This document shows, one piece after another, positions 1-11,720 of a DNA stretch of 64,000 bases. The notes under the pieces are model-generated. The model was given only the letters and a program-made list of their open reading frames with translations. It was not told the origin of the DNA and made no database searches. The translations under genes were made by a program, and so were the position numbers. The stretch is from NCBI GenBank assembly GCA_963713045.1, contig CAVQKE010000004.1:1-64000 (forward strand), written 5' to 3'. Each line of letters opens with the position of its first letter. The first letter of the stretch is position 1. This stretch comes from an uncultured delta proteobacterium. GTDB taxonomy: Bacteria > Myxococcota > Myxococcia > Myxococcales > Myxococcaceae.

Positions 1-1918
1 AGGCCGAGCCCCAGCACCTCGTCCAAAAGGCGGCTCCGCAGCCCCACGTCCTCCACCGGCACCATCACTTCGATGCGGCGATGGAAGTTGCGTGGCATCC
101 AGTCCGCCGAGGTGAGGACCCCTTCGGCGCGCTCCCGTGCGCCGAAGGCGAAGAGGCGGGTGTGTTCCAAGAAGCGGTCCACCACCGACGTCACGCGAAT
201 GTGCTCGGAGATTCCGGGGAGGCCCGGCCGGAGACAGCAAATGCCGCGCACCAAAAGTTCCACGCGGACCCCCGCTTGGCTGGCCCGGTAAAGCCCCCGG
301 ATGATGGAGGCGTCCACCAGGTTGTTCATCTTGGCGACAATCCGCGCCGGCTCTCCGTTTCGCGCCCGGTCGGCCTCTCTCTCAATCAGCTGGAGCAGCC
401 GCTCCACCAGGTTGAAGGGCGCCACCACCAGCCGCTTGAATTTGGGCGGCACCGAATAGCCGGTCAGCATGTTGAAGAGGGCGGTGACGTCATCCGCAAT
501 CTCCTCCCGGCGGTGAAGAAGGAGACGTCGGTGTAGTGCCGGGTAGTCTCGCCGTTGTAGTCGCCGGTTCCAGGTCCACGTACCGGCGAATGCCTCCCGC
601 CTCGCGCCTCACCACCAGCGCCACCTCCAGTGCGTCTTCAGGCCCGACAGTCCGTACACCACGTGGACACCGGCCTCCTCCATCGGCCGCGCCCAGGCGA
701 TGTTGTTGGCCTCGTCCAGTCGGGCCTTGAGCTCCACCAGCACCGCCACTTGCTTGCCGTTTCTGCCGCCGGCTCAACGCCTGGGCGATGGGGCTCTCGG
801 CGCTGAGGCGGTAGAGGGTTTGCTCGATGGCCAGCACCGCCGGGTCGTCGGCTGCCTCGTCGATGAAACGCCCGCCGGGTCATAGGACTCGAAGGGGTGG
901 TGCAGCAGCACGTCGCGCTGGGCGAAGAAAGGGAACTGGCTTTTCAAGTCCCGAAGGACGTGCGGGAGCGCCGGAGAGAAGGGCTGGACTCGCAGCTCGG
1001 GGCGAGGGTCCGACTCGGCCAGCGCCAAAGTCCGACAGCTGCAGCGGCTGACCGGTAAACGTCCTCCGCGGTGAGGATGAGTGCCTTCTTCAGCTCCTGC
1101 TCGATAATGTCCCGCGCTCCGGCGTCGAGCTCTAGCCGGACGCTGGCTCCCCGCTCGCCGCGCTCAAGGTCGTCCTGGAGTGAGGCGAGAGGTCCTGGAT
1201 TCCTCCTTGTCCACCGCGAGGGCCCAGTTCCGTGTCACTCGAAAGCTTGCGGCGTGCCCACTGTGAAGCCTGGGAAGAGCTCCGCCAGGAGCGGCAGGTC
1301 AGGTCCCTCCAGCAGGATGTAGGCGTGTCCGTTTGCAGAGGGCAGGGGAACCAGCTCGGGCATGACGCTCGGCACCGGGACGACAGCCAGCTCGGTCCCT
1401 GCGCCGCAGGCTGGGTGCGGCGGCTCGGCACCGCCGCAGCACGCCGGCGAGTCTGAGCGTCTTATACAGGGGGGGAAAGGGGTGGCCGGGTCCACGGCGA
1501 GAGGCGTCGACAGCGGGAAAACGCTGAGTGGAAATGCTCCTGGCCGCCTCTTGCCAGGCCGGCTCCAGGCTTCCGGTGGACAACAACGAAACGCCGACCG
1601 CTTTGAGGGCGGGGAGGAGGTGGCCCGACCAGAGCGGCCCCACCTGCGCCACCAGCCCGTGGGCCCGCCTCGGAGATGGCGGCCAGCTGCTCGGCGGGAA
1701 GCGGCCCGTCGGCCTCCGGGGAGGCGACACCACCGGCCAGCTGCTGCTTCAGTCCGGCCACGCGCACCATGAAGACTACGTCCAGGTTCGCGGCAAAGAG
1801 TGCGAGAAAGCAATTCGCTCGTAAAGCGGGAGCGTCGCGACTGCGCTTCGCGAAGGACCCTTTCGTTGAAGGCCAGCCAGGACAGCTCCCGATTCAGGAA
1901 GAGGCGGGCGTCGGTCAA
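1..1918 (-). CDS. ppk1: Polyphosphate kinase 1; runs off the window start; multiple frameshifts, probably sequencing errors
   Basis: N-terminal [17 protein letters not shown]; fragments in shifting frames give [33 protein letters not shown] and RRYVDL..T, all typical of PPK1. Confidence 0.85.
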
Positions 1919-2030
1919 GTCGCCGGTGGCGGTGGTCTCGGCACGGTCGGGTCACGAATAGGTGATAGCGCGGGTGGCGCAAGTCGGGGCTCGCCGGCGG
2001 TCGGACACAGCTGATAATGCCCAAAGTGCA

Positions 2031-3570
2031 GTGAAGCGAATCCCCCTGACAGAGCCAGTGCTGGCTCCCATTGACGTGGGGACCAACGCGGGCGGCTGGA
2101 GCTGGCCCGCCGGCTGGCCAACGGCTCTCTGGAGTCGCTGCACAGCGAGCGCGACCCAGTGCGGCCCGGCGAGGCGTCTTTCGGACCGGCGCCATTCCCG
2201 GGAGGTTCCCGACCGGCTGTGTCGACTGCGCCGCTATGGGGCGTTGTGCCGGCGCTACCACGCGGACGTGGGCAGTGGCCACCAGCGCGCTCCGCGAGGC
2301 CAAGAACCGCGATGGAAGCGTCCGGCGCCCCCGCGACGAGGCCGGCTGCGGCTGGAAGCACCTCCGGGTCGAGGAAGCGCGCCTGACCACCCTCCGGGTC
2401 CTGCGCAGGACTCTCCCGCGCTCGCTTTGCGTCGACATTGGCGGTGGCTCGACCAAGGTCGCCGCCGCCACCGGCGAAAACCCCACCGCCATGTGGAGTG
2501 TCGACTGGGCGCTGTCCGCTTGACCGAGCTGTCGGCACCAGTCGCGGTGTCACCGGCGAGCAGCTGAAGCTGATTCGCGGGATTGCGTCCGAAGCGCTCA
2601 CCGAATCGCTGCCGCCCCGCATCGCCCGCACGCCGCGCAGCGCCTCGGCAGCAGCGGCCCCATCGACGCCGTGGTGGCCTTTGCCGCCGCCGAGGGGACC
2701 GCCATGCCACCGCCCGCCGAATAACCCAGGCCGTGGAGGAGCTGGCCGAGATCTCCCCCGCGCAGCTCGGCGACGGATTGACCCACAGCGGGAGAAAGTT
2801 CCGGGCCGGCGCCATGATCCTGGGTCGCTGGTGCACCACCTTCGGTGAGTCGGTCACGCCGTGCACGGGGCCTCCGCGACGGCGTCTTGGTCGACCTGGT
2901 CCGGCGCATTGATCGCCGTCCAACGACCAGCCTGTCGGACGCGGCGATACTCATCGGCCGACGCTTCCAATCGATGAGGCGCATTCCACCCAGGTGACTC
3001 GGCTCGCGCTTCAGCTTTCGATCAACTTGGCTCCGCGCCCGGCTCCCCGCCTCCTCCCGGCCGCTGTCGGAGGTCGCCTCGGTGATGCACGACATGGGCA
3101 ATGCCGTCAGCTACACCCACCACCACCGGCATACCTACTACCTCATTCAAAACTCGGAGATTCCTGGCCTCCGTGACCGAGAGCGCGAGTTGGTGGCGCG
3201 CGTCGCCCGCTACCACGGTCGAAGTCCGCCAGACGCCAGCCATCGGCATGGACGGGCTTCAGCCGGCTGAGGTGCGCCTGGCCGCAGGCTGGCCACGCTG
3301 TTGCGACTGGCCGTTCGCTGGACCGGAGCCACCGGCGAAACCATCCTGCGGCTGCAAGCCCGCCTTCTTCCCAGCGCCATCGTGGTGGAGCTGAGGGCGC
3401 GACAGCCGGTGGACTTGGAGTTGTGGAACGCCGGGCGCGAGCAGCGCTTTTCCGCCGAGTCTTCGGACGCAAACCATGGTTGAGGTGGAGCGCGCCGCGC
3501 AGCGGCCCCTGCGCCGTGGCGTCCGCGTCGATCCACGGCTGGCGGCCCGCGTGGCCGTGGACGTCGGTGG
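2031..3570 (+). CDS. ppx: Ppx/GppA exopolyphosphatase with HD domain; frameshifted; ends approximate
   Basis: Fragments AxIDVGTNA, SALREAKN, VDIGGGST and MHDMGNAVSYTHHHRHTYYLIQNSEIPGL; divergent from ppk1. Confidence 0.8.
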
Positions 3571-3571
3571 A

Positions 3572-3910
3572 GTGAACACCCCGCCCGCCGTCGAGCGCCG
3601 GCGCGAGGCGCGCTTTCCCACTGGAATTGAGGTGCGCCTCACCGACGCCGTCCACGCCGCGCGCGTCCTGCGCCTACTCACTCGACTTCTCCCTCGGCGG
3701 ACTCTGCCTGCGGACGCGCGCCGTCTACGCGGTGGACGCCGGCTCGCCCTCAGCCTGGTGGTCGGCGCAGAGCGTCTTCCGGTGGACGGGGTGGTGGCCT
3801 GGGTGCGTCCGGCGGACAAGGCCATCGGCGTCCGCTTCGTCGACGTGGCGGATGAGCTGCGCGCCCGGCTGCTCGGGCTGAAGAACGCCGTGGCCTCGCG
3901 CCCCTCTTGA
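3572..3910 (+). CDS. PilZ-domain protein (internal frameshift)
   Basis: ERRREARF (RxxxR) motif; DFSLGG (D/NxSxxG) in the alternate frame; GVVAWVR...GVRF. Confidence 0.75.
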   Translation: MNTPPAVERRREARFPTGIEVRLTDAVHAARVLRLLTRLLPRRTLPADARRLRGGRRLALSLVVGAERLPVDGVVAWVRPADKAIGVRFVDVADELRARLLGLKNAVASRPS

Positions 3911-3927
3911 AGGGGCTGGAGCCACCC

Positions 3928-4365
3928 CTAGGGCGCCCGTACCACCACTCCGCGCTCGGCGTCCTCAAATTGCATCGCCGCGCAAAAGGCCACCGTGGCC
4001 TCCTCGGGCAGACTCGGCAGCTGGAGCTCCACCCGCTTGACGCTGAGGACGCGTGCCCGCTCCAGCGCCCGTTGCATGAGAGCCCGAGCCACCCCTTTTT
4101 GGCGCCAGGCAGCGGCGACCACCAATTCGTCAATGGTCGCCACGCGGCCAGACAGACGAAGCTGGGGACGGTGGGACAGCGAAAGCAGCCCAATCGGCCG
4201 GTCCTGCGCATCGGCGGCGACGTACACCTCAATCTCCGGATGGCTGAGCACCCAATGCACGGTGCTGGTGTCCCCGGCCCCCGAATGTCCAAGCTCGGCG
4301 AAAAGCGCGCCCAGCTGCTCCCCGTCGCCGCGGCGTGCGAGGCGAATGCGGAACGCCGCAGGCAC
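3928..4365 (-). CDS. GNAT family acetyltransferase
   Basis: IDELVVAAAWRQKGVARALM acetyl-CoA binding motif A. Confidence 0.85.
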   Translation of the reverse strand: MPAAFRIRLARRGDGEQLGALFAELGHSGAGDTSTVHWVLSHPEIEVYVAADAQDRPIGLLSLSHRPQLRLSGRVATIDELVVAAAWRQKGVARALMQRALERARVLSVKRVELQLPSLPEEATVAFCAAMQFEDAERGVVVRAP

Positions 4366-4480
4366 AGTGGGCGAGGTTCTGGCGTAATCGGTGCACGCTG
4401 AGGCGACAGTCTAGCGCAGCCCCCGTCAGCGCGACGGGAGGGCCTCAGCCGTCTCCAAAGCGCCACCGGCGGTCCTTCTG

Positions 4481-5550
4481 TCAGCTGCCCGCGGCCGGTA
4501 CCAGCAGGGACCCCAGACGTCCTGTGGTTGCGCGGTAGACGTCCACCAGGCGAATGCCGATGCCGTACGCTCGTCCGGCTGTGGTGAGGAAGAGGACAGC
4601 GCCGCCACAGCCCCCACCTGTCATCCGAGCCCCCAGGACGTCCGGTTCAGCCTGGGCCAGGGCGACCAGGACGTCCACATCCGGTGGGACATTTCGTAGT
4701 CCTCTTTCAGCGAGCGGTGGAGGCGTCAACAGCGGCCCCAGGGCGCCAAAGTCTCGCGCGCGCAGCGCGGCGACGAAGGCCAGCACGCGGGCATTCTCCG
4801 TCACGATGTGGCGTGCGCGCCGGTCCAGCGGGCGGGAGCGCTGGACACGCTGGAGGCGGTCACGTCCCGGAGGGCGGGTACCCCAGCGCTTGGGCCGCCG
4901 CGTCCGCCTCGCGCCGGCGCTGGGCATAGGTGCCCCCAGCGTTGCGGTGACTGATGCCAGAATGCAAAACGCCCACTTCGAGGGCGGCCGGCAGCTCGAC
5001 GTCTTCCATGGCCAGCGAGCGGGTGTCGATGAAGAGGGCACGGCCTGGGGTGCCGAAGCTGGCCGCCAGTGGGTCCATCAATCCCACCGGTGCGCCGACA
5101 AAGTCCCGCTCCGAGGCCTGGACAAGGCGCGCCACCTCGAGGCGGTCCAGCGGAGGGCGAAGGCTGCCTGAAGCGCCCGCAGCACCCCCACCCCCAGCGC
5201 GGCACTGGAGGCCAGGCCACCTCCGGCCGGAATCTCCGAGGCAATGTCCAACTCAACGCCGCCCGACGGAAGTCCCCGGTGGCGCAGGGCGGCCGTCAGG
5301 CCCTGGATGTAGTCGAGCCAGCCGCGGCCTCGACGCTCCTCGCCGAGGCGGTAGGCCAGCTCCTCTCCGCCGCCCAGCCCCGTCCGGGCCACCACCTGCA
5401 AGTCTGCGCGCCGGCGCAGCTCGACGCGGGTGTGAAGCAAGAGGGCAAGGGCAGGACAAAGCCCCCGGCGTAGTCGGTGTGCTCGCCAATGAGGTTGACG
5501 CGCGCTGGCGCCTCGGCGTGCACCTCGGGTGGCCCATGCGACGCCGTCAA
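4481..5550 (-). CDS. galK: Galactokinase (frameshifted; start approximate)
   Basis: [45 protein letters not shown] and [12 protein letters not shown] motifs spread over several frames. Confidence 0.85.
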
Positions 5551-5648
5551 GTGCGAGCCCTCTTCATGTCTTCCCTGGGCAAGGGTGTAGCCCAGGGCCG
5601 CGCGGGTTGCTGCTCGAAGGGCCTACCTCCGTGGCATTCTCCTCAGCC

Positions 5649-6700
5649 ATGGCCGTCGCGGACGAAGCAAGCCTTTTCGAGGAACTTGCCGGCGCTACCG
5701 CGCCGGCGAATCTCGGCGTCGCCGGCTGCAAGGCCTTCCAGCCTCCGCTGCCGGAGGACGTGCGGCCCCTTCCGCGGGTCGACAGCCCGGAGGGCGCCCG
5801 GGCGGCCGCGCAGGGGAGGCGGCGCTCGGCGCAGGCCAGGTGGCTGCCCTGGTGGTGGCGGGCGGGGCCGGTACCCGCTTCGGCGGTGCCGTCAAAGCGT
5901 TGGTGCCGGTGGTCGACGGCAAGACGTTTTTGGATTTCAAGCTTCAGGACGTTGCAGACGCCAGCGCCCGCGCGGGCCGTCCGATTGCGGTGGCCCTCAT
6001 GACGTCCCACCTCACGGACCAGGCCATTCGGGCCGCGCTGGCCTCTCAACCGTCCCCCGTCCCGGTGCACGTCTTCCAGCAGCGCAGCCTGCCGCGCCTT
6101 CGACCGGATGGCTCTCTCTTCCGTGAAGCCGACGGGACGCCCTCCCTGGCACCGGCTGGACATGGAGATGTCTTCCGCGCCCTCGTCGCCTCGGGCGTCG
6201 CCGGCCAGCTGCACGCCGCTGGGGTGCGACACCTCTACTTCTCCAACGTCGACAACCTGGCCGCCACCCTGGACGCGGTGGTGCTCGGCGAGCACCTGGC
6301 CGGCGGCGCTGCCATGACGGTGGAAGTCACGGCGCGCCGAGCGCCTACGGGCCGCTGGATGCCGCGCGGCGCCGTGCGCCTCCGCGGACAGCTCCAACTG
6401 GTGGAAAAGTCGACCCGCCGAGCACGCCACCATCTCCACCAACAACATGAGCTTCCGACTCGAGCCCTGGCTTTCGCAGGTGGTGCCCTTGCCCTGGCGG
6501 GCCGTCCGCAAGCAGGTGGACGGAAAGCCAGCCATCCAATTCGAGCAAGTGACGGCTGAGGCCACTGGGTTACGCCGCCCAGACGGGCGCCCACTCTTAC
6601 CAGCGCGCTTCCTTCTCGTCCCCCCGGGGGACCCCGCCACCACCCGCTTCGAGCCCGTCAAAACGCCGGGGACCTCCAAGCGGTGGTGGCTTGGCTGAAG
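5649..6700 (+). CDS. UTP-glucose-1-phosphate uridylyltransferase / UDP-sugar pyrophosphorylase (frameshifted; end approximate)
   Basis: [33 protein letters not shown] and RFEPVK motifs. Confidence 0.8.
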
Positions 6701-6903
6701 GCTCGGCGCTAGCCCGTGCCGGCTGGTTGCAAGGCGGGGTGAATGGGGGCCCTCGCCGTCAGCCCGGGTGCGTGAGTAACCTGCCCACCAACCGGTGCCC
6801 GCTTTCGCAATTGCAAAAAGGGCGTCCAGGGGTTGGCCCATGTCGCAAGGCAGTCTGGTGGAGGCGGGTGAGTTTTGACGTCCGACGGACGGGCCTCAGG
6901 CCA

Positions 6904-7758
6904 ATGGCCGGTGCTGGCCCGGCGGTTTCCTTCCGCTGGCTGGAGACGCTTTGGGTGCAAGTCACCGGGACGCTGTGCAACCTCGCGTGTGCGCACTGCT
7001 TCATCAGCTGCGGGCCCAAAGCCACCCAGGTTCCCGTCATGCGAGTCGAGGAGGTGCAGCGGGCGCTGGACGAGGGACGGGACGCTGGAATGCGGCACGT
7101 CTACTACACCGGCGGCGAGCCCTTCCTGCACCCGGACATTCAGACGCTGGTTGAGCGGGCGCTGGACGTCGCCGCGTTGACCGTCGTTACCAACGGAATT
7201 CTCCTCGACCAGGCCACCGTGCACTGGCTGGCCGCCGCCTTCGCGCGCAGCCGAAATGCACTCGATATCCGCGTCTCGCTGGACGGAATGACGGCCCGGC
7301 AAAACGACGTGGTGCGTGGCCGGGGCACCTTCGAGAAAATTGCGCGTCCCTCCGTCGGCTGGGCGAAGCCGGCTTCAGTCCGGTGGTCACGGTGGTGGAG
7401 CATGAGCAGGGGCTGGAAGGCAACGAGCGCGCGCCAACTTCCTCGCCTTCGTCCGGAGTTGGGCATCCGTCAGCCGCGCGTCAAATCCTCCCCCTGCTTC
7501 ACATTGGCCGCGAGGTGCGACGAAGCCCGGGCATCTCAAAAACGTTGTCCGAGTCCCCCCTCGAGCCGGCGGTGGAATCCTCACTGCTGTGCGCCAGCGG
7601 GCGCTCGTCGCCGCGCAGGGGGTGTACACCTGCCCCATCCTGGTCGAAGACGGCAGCGCGCGACTCGGCGCCAGCGTGGCCGCGGCGGCCCGGCCCATTC
7701 GGCTGGGGTGGACGGCCTGTCAGACGTGCGTCCTCGACGGCTCCGCTGCAACACCTGA
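6904..7758 (+). CDS. Radical SAM protein (frameshifted C-terminal half)
   Basis: CNLACAHC (CxxxCxxC), YTGGEPFL, RVSLDG; Cys-rich C-terminus YTCPIL...CQTC. Confidence 0.85.
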   Translation: MAGAGPAVSFRWLETLWVQVTGTLCNLACAHCFISCGPKATQVPVMRVEEVQRALDEGRDAGMRHVYYTGGEPFLHPDIQTLVERALDVAALTVVTNGILLDQATVHWLAAAFARSRNALDIRVSLDGMTARQNDVVRGRGTFEKIARPSVGWAKPASVRWSRWWSMSRGWKATSARQLPRLRPELGIRQPRVKSSPCFTLAARCDEARASQKRCPSPPSSRRWNPHCCAPAGARRRAGGVHLPHPGRRRQRATRRQRGRGGPAHSAGVDGLSDVRPRRLRCNT

Positions 7759-7768
7759 GGGTCCTTGC

Positions 7769-8544
7769 GTGCGTGCGGCTTTCTTCGGCGGCATCTACAA
7801 CAACTGGCTCGCCCTCGAGGCTGCGCTCGCCGATGCGCGGCGCCGCGGAGCCGAGCGCCTCTTTTGCCTCGGCGACGTCGGAGGCTTTGGCCCCCACCCG
7901 GACCGCTCCATCGAGTTGTTGCAGCAGGCCAAGGTGGAACTGGTGCAGGGAAATTACGACGACGCGGTGGGGAACGCCCGGGAGGACTGCGGTGCGGGTA
8001 TACCCACCCGCGGGACAACCACTTCGCGCGCCTTTCGTACGCCTACACCCTAGAGCAGACCTTGGCCGCGCACCGGCCCTGGCTGGCCGCGCTTCCGCCG
8101 CGGCTTGACACCAAGCTAGAGGCGCAGCGGCTGCTGTTGGTGCACGGCTCCCCGCGACAACAGAATGAGTTTCTCTGGGAGTCCACCGCCCAGATGCCTT
8201 CTTGGAGCGGCTGTGCGCTGACGCCGGAGCGGACGTTCTCCTCTGCACGCAACCGCACTGCACTGGCAGCGCCAGTTGCCGAGTGGGCGCCGGGTGGTGA
8301 ATGTCGGCGCCCTCGGCCGTCCGGCCAACGACGGGCGCACCTGCGTCTGGTACGCGCTTCTCAACACGCAGGAGCGGGACCAGCCGTTCCGCTTCATCCC
8401 GCTCGAATATGACTACCCGCGTCTGGCGACGGAGATGCGCCAGGAGAAGCTTCCGGAGGAATTCGTCGAGACGGTCTTCACTGGCTGGTGGACGACGTGT
8501 CGAAAATCTTTCCGTCGAAGGAACGGTCGCGGGGCCGTTTCTGA
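7769..8544 (+). CDS. Calcineurin-like metallophosphoesterase (frameshifted)
   Basis: CLGDVGG, VQGNYD, VHGSP and VNVGALGRP motifs. Confidence 0.8.
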
Positions 8545-8551
8545 AGCGCCG

Positions 8552-9136
8552 CTATCGCGAGCCCTTGTTCTTCGCGTCGGGCTTGCTCCAGGGCGGCGTC
8601 ACGCCGTTGACGCGCGCGTAGGCGATGGATTGGCCCAGGTGCTCCGCGCAGTGGCCTGCCACAATCATAAACACCAGGCGTTGCGAGAATTGATTGCCGA
8701 ACATTTGGACAGTCTTGTCCAGGTCGGCGTCGCTGGTGTCCAAGTCGGCTTGACGCAAGAAGGCAAAGGCAGAGGTGAGAATGGCTTTAATTTCGTCCTT
8801 ATTCGTCGTCTGCGACTCCCACTTCTTGGCCTCCATCTTCGCCTTGACGTCGGCTGGCGGCGGGTGGCCCGCTTGCCCCATCAAGAAGTAGATGCCTCCA
8901 GCAACATGCAAGTACACCTCCGCCACCGAGCGCGCCCCCTTGGGGTGCCAGGTGAATTTCGCCTGGGGCATGGCCTGCTCGAGGGAGACAATCTGTTGCT
9001 CGAGCCGACCGGTTGCCTTCAGGTAGTCTCCCCGAAAGCCAGCCGGCCCCGGAGGAGTGCCGGCATCTTGCGCGAAGGCCGGGGTGGAAAGCGCGACTGC
9101 GACACAAAGGACATTTGCCAGGCGAAGACGGGACAT
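8552..9136 (-). CDS. Secreted DinB/YfiT-family protein
   Basis: Signal peptide; RSVAEVYLHVA and HCAEHLGQSIAYARVNGVTPPW. Confidence 0.85.
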   Translation of the reverse strand: MSRLRLANVLCVAVALSTPAFAQDAGTPPGPAGFRGDYLKATGRLEQQIVSLEQAMPQAKFTWHPKGARSVAEVYLHVAGGIYFLMGQAGHPPPADVKAKMEAKKWESQTTNKDEIKAILTSAFAFLRQADLDTSDADLDKTVQMFGNQFSQRLVFMIVAGHCAEHLGQSIAYARVNGVTPPWSKPDAKNKGSR

Positions 9137-9202
9137 CGACGCACCTCCCCAGTTTGAAAAACAGGCGAGCGACATCTACCACGGCCGCTGCGAGGGCGGG
9201 AT

Positions 9203-10867
9203 ATGAAGCAACCCATGTCACGTCAAGACACAGCCTCGAAGCGCAGCACCCTTTCACGCAGAGCGCTGTTGCAGCTCGGTGTGGCCACCGGCGTTGCCGC
9301 GGTGGGGGTGCGCGCCACAGCCTCTGCAGCCGCTGCCAAAGGGCTGCCAGCCGACGCCGGGCAGCCGTTTCCCCTTGAGGAAGCGACGCTGGATGACCTC
9401 CAGCGTCAGATGGCGGCCGGCGAGGAAAGCGCCCGAAGTCTGACCGACCGTTACCTCGCCCGCATTCAGGCTCTGGACCCGACGCTGCACGCAGTCCTCG
9501 AGACCAACGCCGAAGCGCGCGCGCAAGCGGACGCCCTTGACGCGGAACGGCGGGCGGGAAGCCTCCGAGGGCCACTGCACGGCGTCCCGGTACTTCTGAA
9601 AGACAACATCGCGACCGCGGGCGGCATGCACACCACCGCCGGGTCCTTGGCGCTGCTGGAGGCGACGGTGGCCCGCGAGGCCTTCGTCGTCACCCGACTG
9701 CGCTCGGCCGGCGCGGTGCTGTTGGGGAAGACCAATCTCAGCGAGTGGGCCAACCTTCGTTCCACCCATTCATCGAGCGGGTGGAGTGCGCGGGGGGGCC
9801 AGTGCCGAAACCCATACGTTCTGGACCGGACCCCTTCGGGGTCCAGCTCTGGCTCCGGTGCTGCGGTCGCCGCCAACCTGTGTGCCGTGGCGGTGGGGAC
9901 AGAGACGGACGGCTCCATCGTCTCGCCCTCGGCCACCTGTGCGCTGGTGGGACTCAAGCCCACCGTCGGGCTGGTGAGCCGCTCCGGCATCATTCCCATT
10001 TCGCACACCCAGGACACCGCTGGTCCCATGGCCCGCACGGTGCGCGACGCGGCCCTGCTCCTCAGCGTGCTGGCTGGCTATGACCGCGCAGACTCGGCCT
10101 CTCACGCCACCGGCATGCCGTCCGGCGCGGACTTCACCCAGGGGCTGGTGCCCACTGGACTCCGCGGGGCGAGGATTGGTGTCCCGCGGCCGGTGTACTT
10201 TGGCTACAGCCCGAGTACCGACGCCCTGGCGGAGCAGGCCCTGGCCGTCCTTCGTGACGCCGGCGCCGTCCTGGTGGACCCAGCGCCCATCAAAACCGCC
10301 AAGGACATGGATGAGCCCGAACTCGAGGTGCTCCTCTACGAATTCAAAGCCGACCTCAACGCTTACCTCGGCGCCCTCGGCGGCTCGGCGCCCCGCTCCT
10401 TGGCGGAACTGATTGCCTTCAACGACAAGCATGCGGCGACAGAAATGCCTTTCTTCGGTCAGGAACTCTTCCTCAAAGCCCAAGCCAAAGGCCCACTCAC
10501 CGAGGCGCCCTACCGCAAGGCGCTGGCAAAATGCCGAAGGCTGTCCCGCGTCGAGGGCATCGACGCCACCATGGACCGCTACCGCCTCGACGCCCTGGTG
10601 GCGCCGACCCAAGGAACGGTTTGCCTCATTGACTGGATAAATGGCGACAGCTTCAGCGGAAGCAGCAGCACCCCGGCGGCTGTCGCCGGCTACCCAAGCA
10701 TCACCGTCCCGATGGGGCAGGTGTACGGCCTTCCGGTGGGACTCTCCTTCTTCGGACGGGCTTGGAGTGAGCCCACGCTGCTTCGGTTGGCGTTTGCCTT
10801 TGAACAGGCTACCCACCACCGCCGGCCGCCGAGACTGCTGCCCAGCGCGCCGCTGGGGAATGCCTAG
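9203..10867 (+). CDS. Amidase (amidase-signature family), Tat-exported
   Basis: SRRALL twin-arginine signal; LLKDNI; GSSSGSG; GTETDGSI. Confidence 0.93.
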   Translation: MKQPMSRQDTASKRSTLSRRALLQLGVATGVAAVGVRATASAAAAKGLPADAGQPFPLEEATLDDLQRQMAAGEESARSLTDRYLARIQALDPTLHAVLETNAEARAQADALDAERRAGSLRGPLHGVPVLLKDNIATAGGMHTTAGSLALLEATVAREAFVVTRLRSAGAVLLGKTNLSEWANLRSTHSSSGWSARGGQCRNPYVLDRTPSGSSSGSGAAVAANLCAVAVGTETDGSIVSPSATCALVGLKPTVGLVSRSGIIPISHTQDTAGPMARTVRDAALLLSVLAGYDRADSASHATGMPSGADFTQGLVPTGLRGARIGVPRPVYFGYSPSTDALAEQALAVLRDAGAVLVDPAPIKTAKDMDEPELEVLLYEFKADLNAYLGALGGSAPRSLAELIAFNDKHAATEMPFFGQELFLKAQAKGPLTEAPYRKALAKCRRLSRVEGIDATMDRYRLDALVAPTQGTVCLIDWINGDSFSGSSSTPAAVAGYPSITVPMGQVYGLPVGLSFFGRAWSEPTLLRLAFAFEQATHHRRPPRLLPSAPLGNA

Positions 10868-10914
10868 AAGCCCACCTCCGGGGGCAGCTGGGTGCGCGCC
10901 AACGGGCGCCCTTT

Positions 10915-11610
10915 CTATTTGGGCGTCGGCGCTGGGGGTGGCAGGGACGGTTGGCCGTTGGGAGTGACTCCAGGTGTCCACAGCAGGTTGGCCTGATAGG
11001 CCATGCGCAGCAGCTTGGTGTCTGCCAGGCCGCGGACGGCGACCCGGACATAGAAGACGACTTCGCCGCTGGGCAGCTGCTCGATGGTGACCGACTTGAC
11101 GCTAAACCCGGTGCGGCTGCTCTGGTCTGAAAACCCGGGGGAGTCGAAGGCGGTCGGGGTGGCGATGCCGTTGGCTGCAGTCAAAGTCCCTCGCAGGGGG
11201 AACTTGGGGGTCAGTGAAAAGCGGACCACCACCTCCGCCCAGCTGGGCGGTCCGACGATGAAGCCCACACTCTGCGCCACCAGGTCGAGCTTCACCGTCC
11301 CGGTGACGATGCGGAGACTCGGCTGCCCCGGGGGGCCAGGGAAGTCCACCAGTGCTTCGCCCTCCACATTGTCCGGAGCGATTTGCAGCACGTCGCCGGT
11401 GCGGGGCAGCGCACGCGTCGTCCCGTCGGACGTCTGCGCAAGACTGGTTGCGGTGGGCGTATTGCATCCGAGCCACCCCCAGCAGCTGAGGAGGAGGGCG
11501 AGGAAAGGGACAGCGATGCGTCTGGCCAAGGGGGCTCTCCGGAGGTGGCGAAAAAGTCTCTCGAGGGCCGGGGAGACTACAGGTCTCCCTGGGGCCGAGC
11601 CCAGCGCCAT
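10915..11610 (-). CDS. Hypothetical lipoprotein (start uncertain)
   Basis: Hydrophobic stretch ending WLGC followed by a beta-rich domain; clean ORF. Confidence 0.55.
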   Translation of the reverse strand: MALGSAPGRPVVSPALERLFRHLRRAPLARRIAVPFLALLLSCWGWLGCNTPTATSLAQTSDGTTRALPRTGDVLQIAPDNVEGEALVDFPGPPGQPSLRIVTGTVKLDLVAQSVGFIVGPPSWAEVVVRFSLTPKFPLRGTLTAANGIATPTAFDSPGFSDQSSRTGFSVKSVTIEQLPSGEVVFYVRVAVRGLADTKLLRMAYQANLLWTPGVTPNGQPSLPPPAPTPK

Positions 11611-11720
11611 TTGGCCGCCGCGCGCTGCGCGGGGTGGTGCACAAATACTTCAAGGAGCGGCGCGCCGCCGGCGTCGCCGCTCCCCTTGGCCAACTGCTGT
11701 CTGTCGTCAGCGCAAGCTGC

